NCBI GenBank assembly: GCA_051745145.1
Contig: JBNJDT010000016.1
Span: 1 to 30,269, forward strand
DNA: 30,269 nt
Reading direction: 5' to 3'
Origin: Elusimicrobiota bacterium
GTDB taxonomy: Bacteria > CG03 > SLGR01 > JAGXOG01
The position numbers were made by a program, and so were the translations under genes. Under the pieces are notes generated by a model, which saw nothing but the letters and a program-made list of their open reading frames with translations, had not been told where the DNA came from and searched no databases. Every line of letters begins with the position of its first letter. Position 1 is the first letter of the stretch. Below, one piece after another: positions 9,422 to 19,129 of the stretch.

Positions 9422-11156
9422 TAAAAAACCTAATTTGTTTAGAGATATTTTTCCCTATTCGGAAGTTCCGCGGGTTCCTTTTGATGAGGATGCCGTTCCC
9501 ATGAACAGACCTAAGGATTTTTGGATTACGGATACTACTTTTAGAGACGGGCAGCAGGCCCGGTCCCCTTATAATGTAAAACAGATAGTAGATCTTTTTA
9601 CATTTTTACACAAGATGGGTGGCCCTAAAGGTATTATAAAATACAGTGAGTTTTTCTTATACAGCCCCAAAGACAGGGAGGCGGTAAGAAGGTGCCAGGA
9701 TAAAGACTATGAATATCCTAAAATCACCGGTTGGATAAGGGCAAATAAAAAAGATTTTGAACTGGTTAAGGATATGAAATTAAAAGAGACCGGAATACTT
9801 ACATCCGCTTCTGATTATCATATTTATCTTAAGTTGAATTCGGACCGGGAAACAGCTATGTCGAATTATTTAGAAGTAGTAGACAAAGCCTTGGAAGAGG
9901 GAATAATTCCCCGCTGTCATCTTGAAGATATAACCCGAGCCGATTTTGAAGGATTTGTCATTCCCTTTGTACAGAAACTCATGGACCGGGCCGATGATGC
10001 GGGAATGCCCGTAAAAATTCGGGCCTGCGATACACTGGGATTCGGGTTCCCCCATCCCCAGGCGTCTTTACCCCGATCGGTTCCCAAAATAATACATACT
10101 TTAAGAAAAGAATGCGGCGTGCCCCCGGAATGGCTGGAGTGGCACGGGCATAATGATTTTCATAAAGTTCTGGTTGACGGTACCTATGCCTGGCTGTACG
10201 GTGCGGGCGCGGTAAACGGAACTCTCCTGGGCTTCGGTGAGCGGACGGGTAATCCCCCCATAGAAGCACTTATGATAGAATATATGTCCCTGACCGGCAG
10301 CGCGGAGGGTATGGATACTCAAATTATTACGGATATGGCTGATTATTTCAGAGACGAATTTGATGAGAATATATCTCCGTCTTTTCCGTTTGTGGGCAGT
10401 GATTTTAATACTACCCGGGCGGGAATCCATGCCGACGGCATGATAAAAAATAAGGAAATATATAATATATTTGATACCAAAAAGATTCTCAAACGGCCCA
10501 TGGGCATTGCCATAACCGATAAGTCCGGTACAGCCGGTCTGGCTTTGTGGATTAATAATAATTTGGAAATGGATAAGGGCGAAGAAGTCACCAAGCATGA
10601 CGACCGGGTAAAGAAGATCTACAAATTGATAATGAAAGAATACGACCGGGGCCGGACCACGGCTATATCCAACGATGAAATGATGCATTATGTCAGAGAG
10701 TACTTTCCCGGTTATTTTAAATCGGATTACGAGCGTCTTAAAAAGAAAGCGGCCAATATGGCAGTGCATATCGTTGAAAATCTGGCCGAGGATCCCCAGA
10801 TAAGATCCATGGACCCCAAAAAACAGGAAGAGGTTCTAAAAGAAACCAGGGATGACCACGGATTTATTCAGTTCACCTATGTGGTTAACAGAAAGGGCGT
10901 AAAAGTTACTCGCAATATTATTGATCCAAAATATTCCAAGGAATTTGAGACCGAAGATGTGGGAGTAATTTATACCGACCGGAGCTGGTTTAGTCATCCG
11001 ATAGAGACCGGTGTGGCCTATGTCTCGGATTTTTACATATCCAGGATTACAGACCGGCTCTGTATAACTGTTTCTGCTCCCATAAGAGATCAGGACGACA
11101 ATATAGTTGGCGTAGTGGGGATAGATATCAGCTATGAAGACCTGGCTAAACTGTAA
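9414..11156 (+). CDS. Re-citrate synthase-like DRE-TIM metallolyase with C-terminal Cache/PDC domain
   Basis: ITDTTFRDGQQ, RCHLEDITRAD, HGHNDF, GERTGN, TRAGIHADG. C-terminal 'DRSWF...SDFYIS...CITVSAPI......GVVGID' has a Cache signature. Adjacent to aconitase- and IDH-like genes. Confidence 0.82.
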   Translation: MTDKKPNLFRDIFPYSEVPRVPFDEDAVPMNRPKDFWITDTTFRDGQQARSPYNVKQIVDLFTFLHKMGGPKGIIKYSEFFLYSPKDREAVRRCQDKDYEYPKITGWIRANKKDFELVKDMKLKETGILTSASDYHIYLKLNSDRETAMSNYLEVVDKALEEGIIPRCHLEDITRADFEGFVIPFVQKLMDRADDAGMPVKIRACDTLGFGFPHPQASLPRSVPKIIHTLRKECGVPPEWLEWHGHNDFHKVLVDGTYAWLYGAGAVNGTLLGFGERTGNPPIEALMIEYMSLTGSAEGMDTQIITDMADYFRDEFDENISPSFPFVGSDFNTTRAGIHADGMIKNKEIYNIFDTKKILKRPMGIAITDKSGTAGLALWINNNLEMDKGEEVTKHDDRVKKIYKLIMKEYDRGRTTAISNDEMMHYVREYFPGYFKSDYERLKKKAANMAVHIVENLAEDPQIRSMDPKKQEEVLKETRDDHGFIQFTYVVNRKGVKVTRNIIDPKYSKEFETEDVGVIYTDRSWFSHPIETGVAYVSDFYISRITDRLCITVSAPIRDQDDNIVGVVGIDISYEDLAKL

Positions 11157-11171
11157 AATTTCTCTTATAAC

Positions 11172-12491
11172 ATGAGAAAATCCGATAACGAAACTGAAAA
11201 AAAATATTTTCAGCAGTCCCTTCGTTTACATAAAAAATACAGGGGAAAAATAGGTACAACTCTTAAATGTCCGGTTAGAAATTATAAGGATTTTGCGCTG
11301 TGGTACACCCCCGGAGTGGCAGCTCCCTGTGAAGAGATAAAAAAATCTAAGGAGAAAGTCTATCAATATACTTCAAAGGGGAATACGGTAGCTGTTGTAA
11401 GTGACGGCTCCCGGGTTTTAGGACTGGGCGATATAGGTCCCCAGGCCGCTCTTCCGGTTATGGAGGGTAAAGCCCTTTTATATAAGTATTTAGGTGGAGT
11501 AGATGCATATCCGGTATGTGTAAATGTAGATAATCCTGAAGAAATTGTGGGGCTGGTAGAAGCGATTCAACCTTCTTTCGGCGGAATAAATCTTGAAGAT
11601 ATTTCTTCCCCGGAATGTTTTGAAGTCTTAAAAAGACTGCGGAAAAGCTGTAATATCCCCGTATGGCATGATGACCAGCAGGGGACAGCGGCGGTGACCC
11701 TGGCCGGATTAATTAATGCTTTAAAATTGACGGACAGGCAGATAGAGGATGTGAAAATTGCTATGGTCGGTGCGGGCGCTTCAAATATAAGAATAGCAAA
11801 TTTAATAATTGAGTACGGAGCGGACCCGGAAAAAATTTTGATGTGTGACAGTAAAGGCATTCTTTCAGAACACAGAAAAGAGTTGAAAACAGATAACCCG
11901 TCAAAATGGGATATGGCTAAAAAAACCAATCCCGAAAATATCGGCGGAAAGATACCCGATGCCATGGAAAATGCAGATGTATTAATAGCCCTTTCCCGGC
12001 CCGGACCGGATGTCATAAAAAAAGAGTGGATTGAACAAATGGCTCCCGGACCGGTAGTTTTTGCCTGTGCCAATCCCACTCCGGAGATATGGCCTTCCAA
12101 AGCCAAAGCCGCCGGAGCTGAAATTGTAGCCACCGGGCGCAGTGATTTTCCCAACCAGGTAAATAATTCGCTGGGGTTTCCCGGTATATTCAGGGGAGCT
12201 TTAGATGTGAGGGCAAAGACCATTACAGACAAAATGTGTATAAAGGCCGCTGAGAGCCTGGCCGGGTTTGCCGGTGAAGAAGGACTTTCGGCTGATTATA
12301 TAATTCCGACTATGGAGCAGATAGAAGTTTTTGCCAGGGAGGCAGCTGCTGTGGGGATGCAGGCCGTAAAAGAGGGGGTGGCCCGGAAAACCGATGTTAC
12401 CCGCAGTCAACTGGAAAAAAAGGCATTAAAGAAAATAAATAAAGCCAGAAGAGAAGTTCAGGTGTTGATGGATGAGAAAATAATAGATTAG
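11172..12491 (+). CDS. NAD(P)-dependent malic enzyme
   Basis: [63 protein letters not shown]. Confidence 0.95.
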   Translation: MRKSDNETEKKYFQQSLRLHKKYRGKIGTTLKCPVRNYKDFALWYTPGVAAPCEEIKKSKEKVYQYTSKGNTVAVVSDGSRVLGLGDIGPQAALPVMEGKALLYKYLGGVDAYPVCVNVDNPEEIVGLVEAIQPSFGGINLEDISSPECFEVLKRLRKSCNIPVWHDDQQGTAAVTLAGLINALKLTDRQIEDVKIAMVGAGASNIRIANLIIEYGADPEKILMCDSKGILSEHRKELKTDNPSKWDMAKKTNPENIGGKIPDAMENADVLIALSRPGPDVIKKEWIEQMAPGPVVFACANPTPEIWPSKAKAAGAEIVATGRSDFPNQVNNSLGFPGIFRGALDVRAKTITDKMCIKAAESLAGFAGEEGLSADYIIPTMEQIEVFAREAAAVGMQAVKEGVARKTDVTRSQLEKKALKKINKARREVQVLMDEKIID

Positions 12492-12504
12492 AAATGAGGA
12501 ATAG

Positions 12505-13746
12505 ATGAAACAAAATATCACAGAAAAGATTATATCCGAACATGCGGGTAAAAAAGTAAAGGCCGGCGATGTTGTTTTTGCGGATGTGGACTGGGCTTTT
12601 GTCCAGGACGGTACCGGTCCGCTTACAGTGGATGTTATTAATGAAATGGAAAAAGATGTTAACAGGCCAAATAGAAAATGTATATTTTTGGACCACGCAT
12701 CCCCGTCTTCAAAATTTCAGCTTTCGGATACCCATAATAAACTGAGAAGCTACGCCCAAGAACAGGGGATGAAAATATCTGGAGTAGGGGAGGGAATCTG
12801 CCATCAGAAAATGGCCGAAGACCATGCCTTACCCGGTCAGCTTATTGTGGGAGCCGATTCTCATACCTGTACTGCCGGAGCTTTCGGAGCTTTTGCGTCG
12901 GGTTTTGGTTCTACGGATATAGCTTTTGCCATGGCCACCGGAAAAATGTGGCTGAAAATACCCGAAGCTATAAAAGTAGTTCTTTCAGGCGAACTGCAAT
13001 TCCCGGTTATGGCCAAAGATGTAATCCTGCATATTATTGGGGAACTGGGAGCAGCCGGAGCAACTTATAAAACCTTAGAATTTACCGGTGAAGGAGTAAG
13101 TAAATTATCTTTTGAAAGCAGGTTGACTATATGCAATATGGTAATAGAGGCGGGAGCCAAAAACGGCATTATGGATGTTGACCAAAAGACCACAAATTAC
13201 CTTGAAAAAGAGAGAGGGAGTGCCGGAATACCCGAATACAAAGTATTCAAGTCCGATAAAGGGGCAGAATACGAACGGAAAATTAAAGTAGATTTATCCC
13301 GGCTCTCTCCCAAAGTTGCTCTTCCCCACAGCGTGGACAATGTAGTTCCCGCGAGAGATGCCGGTGATATAGATGTGGATCAGGTTTTTATAGGGACCTG
13401 TACCGGAGGCCGGATGGAAGATTTAAGAGCGGCCGCCGGTCTGCTGGAAGGTAAAAAAATATCTTCCGGGGTAAGATTGATAGTGACGCCGGCTTCAAAA
13501 AAGATATATAACAGGGCCATGGAAGAAGGTCTGCTTAAGATATTCAACGACTGCGGCGGAATGATCGGGACTCCCGGATGCGGTCCCTGCGTGGGTATTC
13601 AGGGAGGAGTACTTGGAAGTAAAGAAGTATGCGTATCAACGGCCAATAGAAATTTTAAAGGCCGGATGGGATGTACCGACAGCGAAATATATCTTGCTTC
13701 CCCGGCTACAGCTGCCAAGACCGCCCTTAATGGGAAATTAGTATAA
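12505..13746 (+). CDS. LeuC/HacA-type aconitase-family large subunit (probably acting as aconitase)
   Basis: DH, GICHQ, GADSHTC, GTCTGGR, PGCGPC (three Fe-S Cys), STANRNFKGRMG, LASP. Confidence 0.9.
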   Translation: MKQNITEKIISEHAGKKVKAGDVVFADVDWAFVQDGTGPLTVDVINEMEKDVNRPNRKCIFLDHASPSSKFQLSDTHNKLRSYAQEQGMKISGVGEGICHQKMAEDHALPGQLIVGADSHTCTAGAFGAFASGFGSTDIAFAMATGKMWLKIPEAIKVVLSGELQFPVMAKDVILHIIGELGAAGATYKTLEFTGEGVSKLSFESRLTICNMVIEAGAKNGIMDVDQKTTNYLEKERGSAGIPEYKVFKSDKGAEYERKIKVDLSRLSPKVALPHSVDNVVPARDAGDIDVDQVFIGTCTGGRMEDLRAAAGLLEGKKISSGVRLIVTPASKKIYNRAMEEGLLKIFNDCGGMIGTPGCGPCVGIQGGVLGSKEVCVSTANRNFKGRMGCTDSEIYLASPATAAKTALNGKLV

Positions 13747-13762
13747 ATAAAGGAAAAATAAT

Positions 13763-14260
13763 ATGAGTTTAGATAAATTAAAAGGTTTAGTTCACAAATT
13801 CGGAGATGACATTTCAACGGATTTAATCTGTCCGGGAAAATATTTTCATTTAAGATCCAATATTCCCAAACTGGCCGAGCACACTTTAGAAGATGCCGAC
13901 GAGAATTTTGTGGAGAAGATGACCCCCGGAGATTTTGTAGTTGGCGGAAATAATTTTGGCTGCGGATCTTCCAGGGAACACGCTCCTCTTATAATCAAGG
14001 AGTCCGGAGTTAGTGCCGTTCTGGCCAAAAGTTTTGCCCGTATTTTTTATAGAAATGCCATAAACATTGGGCTTCCGGTAATGGAGTGTGATACCGACAA
14101 AATAAAAGAAGGTGACCTTCTTATTGTAAGACCGAAAGAAGGTCTTGTTATTAATAAGACCAGAGATATAGAATTAAAATCCACTCCCCTGATAGATGTT
14201 ATGCTGGATATTTTAAAAGCCGGTGGTCTGAAAGAATATGTAAAAAAGGAGGGGTTTTAA
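13763..14260 (+). CDS. LeuD/HacB-type aconitase-family small subunit
   Basis: [37 protein letters not shown]. Confidence 0.92.
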   Translation: MSLDKLKGLVHKFGDDISTDLICPGKYFHLRSNIPKLAEHTLEDADENFVEKMTPGDFVVGGNNFGCGSSREHAPLIIKESGVSAVLAKSFARIFYRNAINIGLPVMECDTDKIKEGDLLIVRPKEGLVINKTRDIELKSTPLIDVMLDILKAGGLKEYVKKEGF

Positions 14261-15348
14261 TGAGCTTGCCGGTAACCCTGATTCCCGGAGACGGAGTCGG
14301 TCCGGAGGTTGTCGCCGCGGCCCGGGTCTGCATTGAATCCACAGGGGTGGAAATAGACTGGGATATCCAGGAAGCGGGAAAGGCAGTTATGGAAGATGAA
14401 GGAACTCCTTTGCCCCGGAGAGTATTAGATTCAGTTCGGGAAAATAAAGTTGCCCTGAAAGGGCCGGTAACTACGCCGGTGGGCTACGGATTTAGAAGCG
14501 TTAACGTAGCTATACGGAAAAGCTTAGATCTTTACGCCTGTATAAGGCCATCTAAGTATTACCCCGGTATTGTATCTCCCTATAAAGATGTGGACATAGT
14601 TATTGTGCGGGAGAATACTGAAGATCTCTATGCCGGGATAGAATTTGAAAGTAATTCCGCCGGAAGCCGGGAGATTATTGATTTTTTAAAGAACAGGGAT
14701 CTTGATATAAAAGAGGATTCGGGAATAAGCATAAAACCTATTTCCAAAACCGGTTCTGAAAGAATAGTTGAGTATGCCTTTGAGTACGCCCGCAGGAATA
14801 AAAGAGAAAAGGTAACCGCTGTTCACAAGGCCAATATAATGAAACATACCGACGGTCTTTTTTTAGAAGTTGCCCGGGAAGTTGCCGGTAAAAATTCTGA
14901 TATTGAGTTTGATAATATTCTGGTAGATAATCTGGCCATGCAGCTGGTTCAGAATCCCCATAAATTCGATGTCCTGGTTTTACCCAATCTCTACGGAGAT
15001 ATAATCAGCGATCTTTGTGCAGGGCTCACCGGAGGACTGGGGGTGGCACCCGGAGTTAACATGGGGCGTAATTTAGCTGTATTTGAACCCACTCACGGTA
15101 GCGCTCCGGATATTGCCGGAGAGGATAAAGTAAACCCTTCGGCCGCAATTCTGTCCGGAGTTATGATGCTCTACCATCTGGGCAAAGAGGAGGAAGCCAA
15201 AGTTTTAGAAAAAGCTCTGGCCCGGGTTATAAAAGAAGGCCGGAAAGTTACTTTTGACTTAAAAAGTCCTCAAGCTAAAGATGAAGCGGTGACCACCCGG
15301 GAAATGTCGAAGGAAATATGTCGGGAAATTTACCGGATAAAAAATTAG
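14260..15348 (+). CDS. icd: Isocitrate dehydrogenase, probably NAD-dependent
   Basis: [16 protein letters not shown] (Ser/Asn isocitrate determinants); [33 protein letters not shown] (Asp-Ile, NAD-type). Confidence 0.85.
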   Translation: MSLPVTLIPGDGVGPEVVAAARVCIESTGVEIDWDIQEAGKAVMEDEGTPLPRRVLDSVRENKVALKGPVTTPVGYGFRSVNVAIRKSLDLYACIRPSKYYPGIVSPYKDVDIVIVRENTEDLYAGIEFESNSAGSREIIDFLKNRDLDIKEDSGISIKPISKTGSERIVEYAFEYARRNKREKVTAVHKANIMKHTDGLFLEVAREVAGKNSDIEFDNILVDNLAMQLVQNPHKFDVLVLPNLYGDIISDLCAGLTGGLGVAPGVNMGRNLAVFEPTHGSAPDIAGEDKVNPSAAILSGVMMLYHLGKEEEAKVLEKALARVIKEGRKVTFDLKSPQAKDEAVTTREMSKEICREIYRIKN

Positions 15349-16136
15349 CTGAAAAAGTAAAAGAAAAAATTATAAACCAGGTGGTTAAATCCACTTTTGA
15401 GCTCCCCCCTAATTTAAAAGACAGATTAAAAAAATGTGAGATAGACTCAACCGGTCTGGAAAAAAAATTTTTTAAGAGAATACTGGAAAATATAGATATA
15501 GCTCAGACCCGGAAAATTCCCGCCTGTCAGGATACCGGTGTTTTTGAAATATGGGTAAAAACGGGAACTCAATTGAGAAAGTCCGGTTTGAATCTTGAAA
15601 AAGTAATAGTAGAAGCGGTTAAGGAAGGTCATCGAAAAGGAAAGCTCCGTGAGTCTATGAAAGACGGGATTAAACCGGTTATTCATTTTGAATTTTGGGA
15701 TAGAGAGGAAACGGAGTTGATTTTAACTCCCCGGGGTTTTGGAAGTGAAAATTATTCTTTTCTGCACATGCTTAATCCGGAAACTAAATTTAAGGAAATA
15801 AAAAAGATAATATTCCAGGATGTAAAAGAAGCGGGGAGCCGTCCCTGTCCTCCTTTTCTAATAGGCGTGGGTCTGGGGGGAACGGCCTCCAAAGCAGTTG
15901 AATTATCCGCCAGGGCACTTACCCGGATGGATTTTAAACCGGACAAAAAAGAGCAGAAAATTTTAAGGGACGTAAATAAATTAAAAATAGGTGCCGGTGG
16001 CACAGGTGGGAAATATACAGCTATAGGTTTAAAGATGCTAAAATTTCCCAGCCATATCGCCGGGCTGGCAATGGGAGTGCATATAGGGTGCTGGTGTAAC
16101 CGGGTGAAAAAAATAATAGTTGATGAAAAAACTTAA
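15318..16136 (+). CDS. Class I Fe-S fumarate hydratase / tartrate dehydratase family, alpha subunit
   Basis: CQDTG, GSEN, PCPP, G.G.GG, CW..R. Exact start uncertain. Confidence 0.88.
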   Translation: MSGNLPDKKLAEKVKEKIINQVVKSTFELPPNLKDRLKKCEIDSTGLEKKFFKRILENIDIAQTRKIPACQDTGVFEIWVKTGTQLRKSGLNLEKVIVEAVKEGHRKGKLRESMKDGIKPVIHFEFWDREETELILTPRGFGSENYSFLHMLNPETKFKEIKKIIFQDVKEAGSRPCPPFLIGVGLGGTASKAVELSARALTRMDFKPDKKEQKILRDVNKLKIGAGGTGGKYTAIGLKMLKFPSHIAGLAMGVHIGCWCNRVKKIIVDEKT

Positions 16137-16638
16137 ACTTCCGGTTGAAAATAAAGATATACTGGCCCGGCATAAAGCCGGCGAAGAAATTTTATTAAAC
16201 GGCACTATTTATACCGCCCGGGATAAAGTTCATGATCTGGCAACCCGTAAAAATAAGTGGCCGTTTGCGCTGAAAAACAACGGAATATTTTATACCGGCC
16301 CCACCCCGCCGAAAGGAGAATTTGTATTCGGTTCCTGCGGACCTACCACATCTTCCCGGATGGATCCGTATACGCCCGGATTATACAGCCAGGGTCTGGC
16401 GGTTACCGTGGGTAAGGGGGCCCGCAGCCGGAAAGTGAGCCGGGCTATTTCAAAATACGGGGGACTGTATCTTGTAGCTTACGGCGGGTGCGGAGCTTTA
16501 TACGGCGCCAGGATAACTTCCGCCCGGCTTATTGGATACCCGGATTTAGGCCCCCAGGCGGTTTACAGATTGACGGTAAAAAATTTTCCCGTAGTGGTAG
16601 GCATTGACAATCGGGGGGATAATTTATTTAATACATAA
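16123..16638 (+). CDS. Class I fumarate hydratase family, beta subunit
   Basis: GTIYTARD..H, GPTTSSRMD, GKG, GG.GA, FP.VV.ID..G. Confidence 0.9.
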   Translation: MKKLKLPVENKDILARHKAGEEILLNGTIYTARDKVHDLATRKNKWPFALKNNGIFYTGPTPPKGEFVFGSCGPTTSSRMDPYTPGLYSQGLAVTVGKGARSRKVSRAISKYGGLYLVAYGGCGALYGARITSARLIGYPDLGPQAVYRLTVKNFPVVVGIDNRGDNLFNT

Positions 16639-16639
16639 T

Positions 16640-17095
16640 ATGGGTGTGGAAAAAACACTGATAATAATTAAACCTGATGCCCTGTCTAAGAGACTGGTGG
16701 GCAGGGTTATTACAAAAATAGAACAAGATACCAACCTTAAAATTATAGGCCTTAAAATGATCCGGCTGTCCAGGGAAGAGGCCAGAAAATTTTATATTGA
16801 ACATAAGGGTAAAGATTTTTACGAACACCTGGTTAATTTTATAATTTCCAATCCCATACTGGTTATGGTGGTAAAAGGGCCGGAGGCAATTCAAAAAATG
16901 AGAGATTTAATGGGGGAAACCCACCCCGATGACGCGGACAGGGGCACGGTGAGAAAGCGCTGGGCCCAGGACGGAAGACATAATATAATCCACGGTTCGG
17001 ACAGTCCTTCTTCGGCAGCCCGGGAGATTGAATTTTTCTTTCCCGACGATAAAGATCTGTATGAATGGAAAAAAAAGGAGTATCCAATAGTATGA
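16640..17095 (+). CDS. ndk: Nucleoside diphosphate kinase
   Basis: IIKPDA, FY.EH.GK.F, GTVR, NIIHGSDS (phospho-His). ATG 16640 preferred over the track's 16604. Confidence 0.96.
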   Translation: MGVEKTLIIIKPDALSKRLVGRVITKIEQDTNLKIIGLKMIRLSREEARKFYIEHKGKDFYEHLVNFIISNPILVMVVKGPEAIQKMRDLMGETHPDDADRGTVRKRWAQDGRHNIIHGSDSPSSAAREIEFFFPDDKDLYEWKKKEYPIV

Positions 17096-18318
17096 GAAAT
17101 ATACTGGTTTTAAATTGTGGCAGTTCTTCTGTAAAATATGAATTAATGAATATAAAAAGATCCGATATTATAGCCAGGGGCGTTATCGAGAGAATAGGTA
17201 TGGATGAAGCTGTATTGCATCATCATTTTAAAAACGGCGGAAATTATACCGATATAAAACGGGTCAAAAATGTTCCCACTCACCGCAAAGCTATTAAACT
17301 TATCGTAAATATTCTAGAAGACAAAAAATACGGAGTTATTGAAGGTCCGGATGAAATTTTCGGCATTGGTCACCGGGTGGTTCACGGCGGCGAAAAATAC
17401 ACTGAATCAGTATATGTTACCGATGAGGTAAAACAGGACATAAAAGATTATATAGAACTGGCTCCCCTTCACAACCCCCATCATCTTTCCGGGATTGAAG
17501 CCTGTGAGGACCTAATTCCCGAACATCCCCAGGTGGTTGTGTTCGATACCGCCTTTCACCAGACTATGCCCCGGGAGGCGTACATGTACGCTTTACCTTA
17601 TGAGTATTATAAAAAATACGGCATAAGAAAATACGGTTTTCACGGAACATCCCACAAATACGTATCCCAGCGATCGGCTAAGCTTCTGGATAAATCCATA
17701 GAGGATTTAAAGATCATATCCTGTCATCTGGGAAACGGGGCCAGCGCCTGTGCCATAAAATACGGCGATTCGGTGGACACTTCCATGGGGTTTACTCCGT
17801 TATCCGGCCTGGTTATGGGAACCAGATCCGGGGACTTCGATCCGGCCATACTTTTATATATAATGAACAAGGAAGCTTATTCTGCCAGCGAGGTTAATTC
17901 CCTGATAAACAGGCATTCGGGATTGAGGGGGCTATCCGGAATTTCACGGGATTTTAGAGAAATAATAGAAAAATACAAAAAGGGCAACAAACGTGCCCGA
18001 CTGGCCGTGGATGTTTTTGCCTACCGGTTAAAACACTACATAGGTGCCTATACGGCAATTATGAACGGCCTGGATGTTTTAATATTTACTGCCGGTATCG
18101 GTGAGAATTCGGCGGAGTTGCGGGAAATGGTCTGCAGCGATCTGGAATATTTGGGCGTCAAAATAGATGAGTCTAAAAATAATAAGTGCAACACCCGGGA
18201 GGGAGTTATTTCTGAACTGGATTCTGAGGTTACCGTAATGTGTATTCCGACCAATGAAGAATTGCTTATAGCCCGGGAAACAGACAGAATAATTAAACAG
18301 AGAAATAAGAATGAATAA
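17092..18318 (+). CDS. ackA: Acetate kinase
   Basis: NCGSSS.K, GHRVVHGG, APLHNP, VFDTAFH, YGFHGTSH, HLGNGAS, MGTRSGD, FTAGIGEN, PTNEE. ATG 17092 overlaps the ndk stop (ATGA). Confidence 0.97.
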   Translation: MRNILVLNCGSSSVKYELMNIKRSDIIARGVIERIGMDEAVLHHHFKNGGNYTDIKRVKNVPTHRKAIKLIVNILEDKKYGVIEGPDEIFGIGHRVVHGGEKYTESVYVTDEVKQDIKDYIELAPLHNPHHLSGIEACEDLIPEHPQVVVFDTAFHQTMPREAYMYALPYEYYKKYGIRKYGFHGTSHKYVSQRSAKLLDKSIEDLKIISCHLGNGASACAIKYGDSVDTSMGFTPLSGLVMGTRSGDFDPAILLYIMNKEAYSASEVNSLINRHSGLRGLSGISRDFREIIEKYKKGNKRARLAVDVFAYRLKHYIGAYTAIMNGLDVLIFTAGIGENSAELREMVCSDLEYLGVKIDESKNNKCNTREGVISELDSEVTVMCIPTNEELLIARETDRIIKQRNKNE

Positions 18319-19129
18319 TATAAAAGAAGCGTCCTGGATTGCCCGGGATATAAAAGAGTTTAAGTTTGAGAATAAGTTGATTGCCCGCAAATTTAAACCG
18401 GGACAGTTTATAGTAGTTCACCACGGAGAAAAAGGTGAACGCATCCCCCTTACTATAGTGGAGACCGGGGAAAATATTGTGAGGGTGGTAATACAGAAAG
18501 TGGGACATTCTACGGCAAAACTCTGTGAACTGGAAGAGGGGGATACTTTTGAGAATGTCTCCGGTCCCCTGGGGAAGCCCTCGGAATTAAAAAATTACGG
18601 TGAGGTTTTGGGTATAGGGGGAGGAATAGGAGCGGCTCCCCTTCTGCCGGTGGCCCGGAAGTTAAAAGAGCTGGGAAATAAAGTAACCGTTATCGAAGGG
18701 GTAAGAAGTAAAGAATATCTTATTTTTAAAGATGAATTAAAAGATACATCGGACAGGTATATACTTACCAGCGACGATGGTTCCGTGGGAAAAGAAGGGC
18801 TGGTTACCCGGCCTTTTGAGGAAAATATAAGTGAAGGAAAAATACCTGATTTTGTTTTTGCGGTGGGACCGCCGGTTATGATGCGGGCGGTTAGCGAAAT
18901 AACAAGAAAACACGATATCCCCCTCACGGTAAGTTTAAACCCCATAATGGTTGACGGAACGGGGATGTGCGGGGCCTGCCGGGTGGAAGTGGCCGGGGAG
19001 ACGAAATTCGGCTGTGTGGACGGGCCGGAATTCGACGGAAATAAAGTTAATTTTGAACTTTTAATAAAAAGGTTGAATATGTATGAAGAGGAGGAAGCCG
19101 AAACCGGCTGTCAGTTGAATGGCCATTGA
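18311..19129 (+). CDS. nfnA: Electron-bifurcating transhydrogenase small subunit NfnA (SudB-like)
   Basis: PGQF, GERIPLTI, GPLG, GGG.G.AP, MVDGTGMCGACRV, CVDGPEF ([2Fe-2S] with Asp ligand). Confidence 0.93.
   Translation: MNNIKEASWIARDIKEFKFENKLIARKFKPGQFIVVHHGEKGERIPLTIVETGENIVRVVIQKVGHSTAKLCELEEGDTFENVSGPLGKPSELKNYGEVLGIGGGIGAAPLLPVARKLKELGNKVTVIEGVRSKEYLIFKDELKDTSDRYILTSDDGSVGKEGLVTRPFEENISEGKIPDFVFAVGPPVMMRAVSEITRKHDIPLTVSLNPIMVDGTGMCGACRVEVAGETKFGCVDGPEFDGNKVNFELLIKRLNMYEEEEAETGCQLNGH

Noticed and set aside
9414..15348. Leucine biosynthesis operon leuA-leuC-leuD-leuB
   Set aside because: The dehydrogenase has IDH-type RSVN; the synthase has Re-citrate-synthase-type motifs and lacks the LeuA regulatory domain; the context is malic enzyme and fumarase, with no ilv genes.
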